From Gammaproteobacteria bacterium (GTDB lineage Bacteria > Pseudomonadota > Gammaproteobacteria > Xanthomonadales > SZUA-36): a stretch of DNA of 64,000 bases. Position 1 is the stretch's first letter. Each line of letters opens with the position of its first letter. Below the pieces are notes generated by a model. It was not told the origin of the DNA, ran no database searches, and worked only from the letters and a program-made list of their open reading frames with translations. Shown here one piece after another: positions 57,742-64,000 of this stretch. The stretch lies in contig JAJRYF010000064.1 in assembly GCA_024275935.1 (NCBI GenBank), positions 1,098 to 65,097 on the forward strand. The letters are read 5' to 3'. The translations under genes were made by a program, and so were the position numbers.

Positions 57742-57884
57742 CGGCAGTTCCTTTTGTAACTTGTGGTTATTTTAGCTGTTATTACAGTAGCGTCCAGCTA
57801 AACCGGCAGCTTGTCAGAATCCTGCCAGAATTACCCCCCTAATCATCAGGATTCCGCAGTCACAGAACTTAAACCAGGTGCTAA

Positions 57885-59984
57885 ATGAACCCAATTACAG
57901 AGGAGTTCATTATGCAATACCATTTTACGACACCAGAAGTTCTCAGCCAACGCCTGAATAAGCTGTTGAACAAGTTTGACCCAGAGCTGGCCAAAGACCT
58001 TAAAGACCAGCAAGTACAGTTTACAATTCGCCGCAAACTGCGTTGGCAAGACCGTTATCTGTTAATTCTGTTTGGGGTAATTCTAAGCTTGCTGCTTATA
58101 TCTTCCAGAGTGCAGGCAGACGAGGTTTGGGGCTTGCAGTTTCAACAGGGCGAGCAAATTACCACCGCCGTTAATCTAAACACAAGCATCGAAATTGAAG
58201 TGATTGGCTCTCAAGCAAGGGTTGAGGTATGGCAAGAGTTTATCAATACCAGCGATGTCTGGGTGGAAGCTAGTTATCGCTATCCGCTACCTGATGGGGC
58301 AGCGGTTGACCAACTTAGCATTGCAGTTGGAGATCGCTTGCTGGTGGGGGAAATTCAGGAAAAACAGCAGGCGGAACGCAATTACGAACAAGCAAAACAA
58401 AATGGGCAGACAGCCAGCCTGATAAAGCAGGAGCGTGCTAATCAATTTGTTACCAAGTTAGCCAATATTGGTCCCGCTGAGAGCATCAAGGTAAAAATCG
58501 GCTTTCTGCAAGACATTCGGTATGTGAATGACCAGTTCCGCTTACGCCTGCCAATGACTTTCACCCCAAGACATGGTGCGAGCCCAGGCCAGCAGCAAGA
58601 CATATCCCCGCTGATGACTACTACTGTGAGTGACCACCGCTTGATGCTGAGCGTGAACCTGATCACCAATTTTGAACTGGCCGAACTTAACAGCAGTTAC
58701 CATGCCATCAATATCCATCAAACTTTTAGCGGTTACTTTATTATTCTGGAAGACCAACCTGAAACCGGGCAACCCGCGCGTACAGATAAAGACTTTGAAC
58801 TGGTATGGAGCCTGCAACCGCAAGACCAACCAGTAGCCTCTATTTTGACCTGGGAAGATGAGGATGGCTTTTATGCCCAGTTACAACTGATACCGCCACC
58901 AGCGGATATGCTGGATGAAAGACCACGGGAAGTTATTTTTGTAATTGATAACTCTGGCTCTATGGCTGGTGAATCTATTCGCCAAGCCAGACAGGCGCTG
59001 ACCGAGGGGCTGACATACCTGCGTCCGGGCGATCGCTTTAATGTGATTAACTTTGAATCAGCAGCTTTTGCCCTGTTCCCACAAGCCGTGGAAGCAGATA
59101 GCCACAGCCTTGCACTGGCAGAAACCTATATCAATAAGCTTGCGGCCGAAGGTGGAACCAATATTCTGCCAGCCTTACAAATGGCCTTGAGGGATCCCGC
59201 CAACGACCAGCATATTCGGCAGATTGTCTTTATAACCGATGGCGCTGTAGGCAACGAAGATGAGATATACGCCTACCTCATTGATTATATTGGTGAGTCC
59301 AGAATCTTTACTCTGGCAATTGGGGTTGCACCAAATAACTGGTTTATGCGTAAATTGGCGCAAAGTGGCCGTGGCAGTTATACCAATATTGGCAAAATGG
59401 AGGAAATTCAGGAGCAAATGAGTGCCTTATGGCAGCGAATTTCACTACCAGCACTATCTGATATTTGTATAGACTGGGGCCAGGCTGCTGAAATGTATCC
59501 GCCAGTAATTCCCGACTTATACGCCGGCGACAGCCTAATGGTAACCGCTAAAATGGCTTCCCGTAGCGATGAAGTAAGCCTGTGCGGTCATTATAATGGC
59601 GCTGGTTGGGAGTATACCCAAGCAGTACCAGAGCAAACTGCAAATGCCGATATTGCCCGCAACTGGGCCAGCAGAAAGATAGAAACCATCAACGATAACC
59701 AACTACTGGGACTACCGCTGGCTGAAGCTAAAGCGCAAATATTGGAAACTGCTTTGAGGTATAAGTTGTTAAGCCGCTTTACCGCTCTAGTAGCTATTGA
59801 CCCAGAGCCTGCAAGAGCCCAGCAAGACGCCATGCAACAACACACAGTAGCCTCGTTGCTACCAGCAAAATCACTCTCGCTGGCATTTGCTCAAGGCGCA
59901 CTTGGCTGGCAACTACAATTACTGCTTGGCCTGATCTCTTTGCTGGTCTCCGGAGGTATGTTCTGGGCTAGCACCCGCAGATGA
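57885..59984 (+). CDS. VIT plus von Willebrand factor A domain protein, the sortase target
   Basis: VIT-like N-terminal domain and a vWA MIDAS motif (VIDNSGSM). The C-terminus has LPAKS, a hydrophobic helix and TRR. Its stop overlaps the sortase start (ATGA). Confidence 0.85.
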   Translation: MNPITEEFIMQYHFTTPEVLSQRLNKLLNKFDPELAKDLKDQQVQFTIRRKLRWQDRYLLILFGVILSLLLISSRVQADEVWGLQFQQGEQITTAVNLNTSIEIEVIGSQARVEVWQEFINTSDVWVEASYRYPLPDGAAVDQLSIAVGDRLLVGEIQEKQQAERNYEQAKQNGQTASLIKQERANQFVTKLANIGPAESIKVKIGFLQDIRYVNDQFRLRLPMTFTPRHGASPGQQQDISPLMTTTVSDHRLMLSVNLITNFELAELNSSYHAINIHQTFSGYFIILEDQPETGQPARTDKDFELVWSLQPQDQPVASILTWEDEDGFYAQLQLIPPPADMLDERPREVIFVIDNSGSMAGESIRQARQALTEGLTYLRPGDRFNVINFESAAFALFPQAVEADSHSLALAETYINKLAAEGGTNILPALQMALRDPANDQHIRQIVFITDGAVGNEDEIYAYLIDYIGESRIFTLAIGVAPNNWFMRKLAQSGRGSYTNIGKMEEIQEQMSALWQRISLPALSDICIDWGQAAEMYPPVIPDLYAGDSLMVTAKMASRSDEVSLCGHYNGAGWEYTQAVPEQTANADIARNWASRKIETINDNQLLGLPLAEAKAQILETALRYKLLSRFTALVAIDPEPARAQQDAMQQHTVASLLPAKSLSLAFAQGALGWQLQLLLGLISLLVSGGMFWASTRR

Positions 59985-60556
59985 AGCCCAAGCACCTATG
60001 GGGGTTGTTAGCAAGTGTTGGCCTACTGCTAAGCCTACAGGCGCTCTGGATGCCTGCCAAAGCAGAACTTGGCCAATTCCTGTTAGCTCACAATTGGCAA
60101 AGAGTACTTCAAGGCGAGCCCGCCAGCAGCCCCTGGCCTGGGGCTGATATGCAGGTAGTTGCCAGACTGGAAGTGCCTGCTATGGGTATTGATCAATTGA
60201 TTGTTAATGGACAACAAGGCGCGCAGCTTGCATGGGCACCGGGCATGGTTAGCGCGGCTATACCTGGCTTATCAGATACGGTAATTTCTGCTCACCGGGA
60301 TAGTCATTTTGGTTTTCTTAAAGAGCTATCCAAAGGTGATCTTATTCGTTTGCAAACCAGTACCGGTGAGTTTCAGTATCGAATAAGCACTATGCAGATA
60401 GTTGACTCAAGCAGTCAACAGTTACAGTTGGATGTCGCTGGCAGGCGTTTGGTTTTAACTACCTGTTACCCTTTTGATGCACTGCAAACAGGCAGCCCAC
60501 TGCGCTATATGGTCACCGCAGTTGCAGTTACGACTGCTGCCAATAGGCTCTTGTAG
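59981..60556 (+). CDS. Sortase (Gram-negative / marine proteobacterial class)
   Basis: Catalytic His (ISAHRD), Cys (LTTCYPF) and Arg (PLRYMV). N-terminal anchor. Confidence 0.85.
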   Translation: MKPKHLWGLLASVGLLLSLQALWMPAKAELGQFLLAHNWQRVLQGEPASSPWPGADMQVVARLEVPAMGIDQLIVNGQQGAQLAWAPGMVSAAIPGLSDTVISAHRDSHFGFLKELSKGDLIRLQTSTGEFQYRISTMQIVDSSSQQLQLDVAGRRLVLTTCYPFDALQTGSPLRYMVTAVAVTTAANRLL

Positions 60557-60564
60557 AGTGCTGT

Positions 60565-60790
60565 CAAACGGAAGATTGCATGGATACAGGAGCAATACCC
60601 TCTACCCGTCACCCCGGAAACTACCAACTCTTCGTCATCCCTGGCCGTTCCGTACATCCATGTGCTCTCTCGGCATTCGTGCTTCCTGCACATCAAATGC
60701 GAGCAGCATTATCCGGGATCCAGTTCCCCAACATGGATTCCGGGTTCGGCTATTCGCCACCCCGGAACGACGAGGTTTTATTGCCTTTAA
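60565..60790. repeat. Copy C of the GC-rich intergenic repeat family, between the convergent sortase and djlA genes
   Basis: Core at 60735..60772 (GGATTCCGGGTTCGGCTATTCGCCACCCCGGAACGACG). It shares GTGCTCTCTCGGCATTCGTGCTTCCTGCACATC and flanking modules with the reverse complement of copy A. Copy A carries an extra internal segment of about 170 bp. Confidence 0.8.
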
Positions 60791-60801
60791 GCGCAGCGAA
60801 A

Positions 60802-61590
60802 TTATTTAAAACCGCGCCGGGATTTTACCCGGTCATAGGCGGCATTGATATCGCGGGCTTTCTCGCGGGCTATATCCATGGCTGATTCCGGCAAACCCTG
60901 ATGAATTAGTTTATCCGGATGGTGTTTGCTCATAAGCTTCCGGTAGGCGCGTTTTACCTGGGCATCGCTAGCATTCTTGTCTATACCTAAAATCAGGTAA
61001 TCCTGGCTGCTTTGTGATGGCTGGCTACCACTTTGGTAATCTGGGCCAGGACGCTGGCGACCGCCGCGTAACCAGGCCAACATATCTTCCAGTAACCGCG
61101 GTGGCAGGCGTAACTGCTGGGAGACATACTGCAAAATTTGCAACTCCTCAATAGCCAGACGGCCATCTGCAGCAGCTGCTTCTACCAAAATTTCGAGAAA
61201 TACCTGGCGTAAATCCGGCCGGGTTATAGTCATTTTGGCAAAAACTTTTATTTCCTGGTGGAAATCATAATCACTGCGTTTACCACGATTAAACTGAGCA
61301 ATCGCCTCGACGCGCTCCTGGCTGGATAAGCGCATCCGCCTGATCATGTCTTCTGCCTGATTTATTTCATTCTGAGATACAGTGCCATCGGACTTTGCCA
61401 GATGACCCAGAGTAGCAAAGAGATTTTTGAAGAACCCTGCTTGAATATTGCCAACCGCACTAAGGCCAGCCCGCCAACTATCAAACAGGTGCCCAAGAAA
61501 TAGCCCAAAAAACGCCCCCGCGATGCCGCCTTTGGCTAAGCCAACTGCAAAGCCTATGATTTTCCCGATCCAGTGGCCGTTACTGAACAA
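60802..61590 (-). CDS. djlA: Co-chaperone DjlA (membrane-anchored J-domain protein)
   Basis: N-terminal TM helix, TerB-like middle region and a C-terminal J domain with HPD ([13 protein letters not shown]). Confidence 0.85.
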   Translation of the reverse strand: MFSNGHWIGKIIGFAVGLAKGGIAGAFFGLFLGHLFDSWRAGLSAVGNIQAGFFKNLFATLGHLAKSDGTVSQNEINQAEDMIRRMRLSSQERVEAIAQFNRGKRSDYDFHQEIKVFAKMTITRPDLRQVFLEILVEAAAADGRLAIEELQILQYVSQQLRLPPRLLEDMLAWLRGGRQRPGPDYQSGSQPSQSSQDYLILGIDKNASDAQVKRAYRKLMSKHHPDKLIHQGLPESAMDIAREKARDINAAYDRVKSRRGFK

Positions 61591-61679
61591 ATGCTACTCC
61601 TAATTTTGAACCACAAATCAAACAGTGGATATTCTATAATGAATTACCCATCGCCAGTAGACTTATAACGGAGAAAACC

Positions 61680-62570
61680 TTGCAGCAGGACACCTACCAT
61701 AGCGACTGGATTAGCAATCTAAAGTTGTTGTACCAGGGAAAAGTACGCGACATATTTGAAATTGACGCAAACCGCCTGCTAATTATCGCCAGTGACCGGC
61801 TTTCTGCGTTTGATGTAGTGCTGCCCGACCCCATCCCTGGCAAAGGTGAAATACTTACCCAAATATCCAACTTCTGGTTTAACCATACCGCCGCACTTAT
61901 GCCAAATCATTGCCTTGAGGGCGATCTGGCTGAAATTCTTGGTGATACAAAACTTGCCCACAAACTTCAGTACCGGGCAGTAATAGTTCGACGGATGAAG
62001 CCCCTGCCGGTTGAGGCAATTGTACGCGGATATATTATCGGCTCGGGCTGGAAAGACTACCAAGCAAGCGGGTCAATTTCCGGCATTCCTCTAAAGCCTG
62101 GTCTGCAACTGGCAGAGCAGCTACCACAACCAATCTTTACCCCCTCAACCAAAGCTGCTGTTGGCGATCATGATATCAATATTGATTTCTCCACAATGCA
62201 ACAAACAATCGGCACAGACCTGGCTGAAAATATCCGCACTGCCAGTTTGGCAATATACGCACAGGCATCCGCTTATGCGCTAGAACGAGGGATTATTATT
62301 GCCGATACCAAATTTGAGTTTGGTCTGGATAGCGAAGGCAAATTACGCATCATTGATGAAATGTTGAGCCCAGACTCATCGCGTTTTTGGCCACTGGAAG
62401 ACTATCGGCCCGGCATCTCACCACCCAGTTATGATAAACAGTATATTCGTGACTACCTAGAAACCCTGGACTGGAGCAAAACCAGCCCTGGCCCCAGGGT
62501 TCCCGCAGACATTATCCAGTCAACTACTGAAAAATATCAGCAGGCATGGCAGCGATTAGGTAATCTATGA
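61680..62570 (+). CDS. purC: Phosphoribosylaminoimidazole-succinocarboxamide synthase
   Basis: [10 protein letters not shown]...[11 protein letters not shown]...IADTKFEFG is a typical long-form PurC. TTG start. Confidence 0.9.
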   Translation: MQQDTYHSDWISNLKLLYQGKVRDIFEIDANRLLIIASDRLSAFDVVLPDPIPGKGEILTQISNFWFNHTAALMPNHCLEGDLAEILGDTKLAHKLQYRAVIVRRMKPLPVEAIVRGYIIGSGWKDYQASGSISGIPLKPGLQLAEQLPQPIFTPSTKAAVGDHDINIDFSTMQQTIGTDLAENIRTASLAIYAQASAYALERGIIIADTKFEFGLDSEGKLRIIDEMLSPDSSRFWPLEDYRPGISPPSYDKQYIRDYLETLDWSKTSPGPRVPADIIQSTTEKYQQAWQRLGNL

Positions 62571-62594
62571 TTAATAGAGATGTAGCTTAGGGTA

Positions 62595-63620
62595 TCAGAA
62601 CAGGACACTCAAAACCGCACGGAACATTGAGCCGTCCGGGCCATCGTCGTTGCGATAGACAACCTCTCCATAGCTCAACTTAAGCGATGCTGAGCGACTA
62701 AGAATCATGCCGAATGAGGCTCCCAACATCACTGCCGACTGCTTGTCGTTGTTGTTGACCCCATCGGTAGTAGTTTCGCCACCGTAGGTATAAAGCGCAT
62801 CGGCGGAGAGAAACATCGCCTGGTTAATGTTCTGTGTGATATGACCCTCTAACTTGAACATCGCCGACTGCCCGCTGATATTGGCTCCAAAGGGGTCATC
62901 GTTATCACCATAAAAAGTAACCGTGGGAACCAGTTCGAATGTGCGTAGGCGAGGATCTAATAAGGTGTCGCCCTGATACCACAATAGCACTGTCCCTAAT
63001 TGCGCAGCCCAACGATTGGTGCCGAGATTCAACGCATGGGATTCATCGTACTGTCCGGTAGGCAAGGTGAAGAGCGTTATAATGCCTGCGGAGAAGCCTG
63101 GTTTATACTTTACATACTCCCCCATCGTCAGGGTTGGTGAACCGACAACGCCGAATGTCGCCCCGATCTGGATATCACCAAATCCGGAGTTTTTATCGGA
63201 CAAAGCCATATTGCCTAGATCAACCGTGCCATCAATCTGACCTGCGGAAACGATAGCGTATATCCCCGCCTGATTGCCCTTAATATCGATAGCGCGAGAG
63301 TACTGTAATACCGCCAGATCAATTTCAATATCGGCACCTTGAATCACCACTGAGGGGTCCACTGCACGGTTACCATCCAGCAAGTAGGCATACAATGCGA
63401 GCACATTGGTTTTTTCGGGGACAAGCTGAAATGCTCGGGGGCCGAAACCTTGTGCCGACCCATTGGTTGGAACCAAAAGCGACAGCATCAGCAGGGCGAT
63501 ACTGGCAAGAGACCAGCGCCGGATCCATAGCAACGCTATCCCATGCGGCCGCTCACGGTTATCGGCGTTGAACACAACTGATCCCACAGCAGCGTTTTTC
63601 CACTCTGCCATTGTGACCAT
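62595..63620 (-). CDS. Outer-membrane beta-barrel protein (MetA-pathway/transporter-like family)
   Basis: Signal-like segment RRWSLASIALLMLSLLVPTNGSAQG, a GFGDIQIG motif, alternating strands and a C-terminal F. The ATG at 63620 shares 1 nt with the upstream sulfatase stop. Confidence 0.55.
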   Translation of the reverse strand: MVTMAEWKNAAVGSVVFNADNRERPHGIALLWIRRWSLASIALLMLSLLVPTNGSAQGFGPRAFQLVPEKTNVLALYAYLLDGNRAVDPSVVIQGADIEIDLAVLQYSRAIDIKGNQAGIYAIVSAGQIDGTVDLGNMALSDKNSGFGDIQIGATFGVVGSPTLTMGEYVKYKPGFSAGIITLFTLPTGQYDESHALNLGTNRWAAQLGTVLLWYQGDTLLDPRLRTFELVPTVTFYGDNDDPFGANISGQSAMFKLEGHITQNINQAMFLSADALYTYGGETTTDGVNNNDKQSAVMLGASFGMILSRSASLKLSYGEVVYRNDDGPDGSMFRAVLSVLF

Positions 63621-64000
63621 CAATTCTCACTCCTCGACATCTCTTCAATCCTTTTCATAGAGGAATCGAGGCTGAATGAACCGGGCGTCTGGCTGGGGGG
63701 ATAATCTTTCAGCGTCACCATGAACTTTCTGGCTACAGCATTAGTACCGAAGAAAATGAAGGGGCGTTCGAGCACCCAATCGTGATAAACATTGGCATTA
63801 TGCTGAGCCCGCTCGAAAGGATCCCGACGCAGATGAAAGAGCAGCGGGACGCGAAGCTTGATGAAGGGCTCGCGCCAAATACCAAAGGCTTGGCCCCGAT
63901 TTTCCTCATAGACGGCTTTCCAGTCGTTCCACCTAACGGCGACAATAGCACCTTCATCGCTGACATATACAAAAGATGTGCGCGGCGATGCCTCAGCCTT
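63620..64000 (-). CDS. Arylsulfatase-family protein, C-terminal part only (the N-terminus lies beyond the right window edge)
   Basis: Absent from the ORF track because it is open at the edge. My translation reads ...VRWNDWKAVYEENRGQAFGIWREPFIKLRVPLLFHLRRDPFERA...LKDYPPSQTPGSFSLD..., which resembles the conserved C-terminal region of large bacterial arylsulfatases. Confidence 0.6.
   Translation of the reverse strand, partial: KAEASPRTSFVYVSDEGAIVAVRWNDWKAVYEENRGQAFGIWREPFIKLRVPLLFHLRRDPFERAQHNANVYHDWVLERPFIFFGTNAVARKFMVTLKDYPPSQTPGSFSLDSSMKRIEEMSRSEN

Noticed and set aside
57766-57783. Direct repeat GTTATT-N6-GTTATT in the divergent RR/target promoter, as a possible OmpR-family binding site
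   Set aside because: A hexamer repeated once at 12-bp spacing in AT-rich DNA is expected by chance. There is no independent support.
60474-60885. ORFs of 111, 63 and 101 aa around the sortase 3' end
   Set aside because: They are translations of repeat copy C or antisense shadows of the sortase and djlA genes.
1-64000. CRISPR arrays, rRNA genes, intact transposases or integrases, prophage modules
   Set aside because: I saw no regularly spaced direct repeats with unique spacers, no rRNA-like conserved stretches and no intact recombinase ORF on either strand.

Overview
Chromosomal segment that looks gammaproteobacterial and probably marine; this is inferred from gene content such as the proteobacterial dedicated sortase system. 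Housekeeping blocks alternate with accessory or decayed patches.

Housekeeping genes: glnS-DUF885-xthA, acs, rplM-rpsI-tRNA-Gln, coq7, trpE/trpGDC, tag, djlA and purC.

Left to right:
- An edge-truncated secreted S8 protease. It is missing from the ORF track because it is open at the window edge.
- Two decayed IS elements bracketing an orphan secreted protein.
- A cyanophycin synthetase locus in which cphA appears disrupted while the downstream cphA-prime-like gene is intact.
- A MacAB-type tripartite ABC exporter.
- Two tandem paralogous secreted beta-helix proteins.
- A large anaerobic respiration and copper island (about 27.9-46.7 kb). It holds two SCO1 genes, DUF420, CtaB and a B-family-like CuA oxidase pair lacking the cross-link Tyr (sNOR-like). 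It also holds an orphan divergent heme-copper-oxidase-like protein coupled to a cytochrome b/4Fe-4S/MvhD fusion, cd1 nitrite reductase NirS, a NirT-EB_dh fusion cytochrome and an amicyanin-like cupredoxin. A porin and a TonB-dependent receptor complete it. Three operon fronts carry near-consensus FNR/Dnr boxes.
- A trp operon split by a 1.3 kb islet. The islet is flanked by a 36-bp duplication of the trpE 3' end and carries a zeta-toxin-like kinase.
- The four-gene dedicated sortase system (HK, RR, VIT-vWA target, sortase).
- An edge-truncated sulfatase.

A modular GC-rich intergenic repeat family occurs at three clear loci and possibly a fourth. No CRISPR array, rRNA or intact transposase was seen.

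All calls come from reading the sequence and translations by eye. No database search was run.
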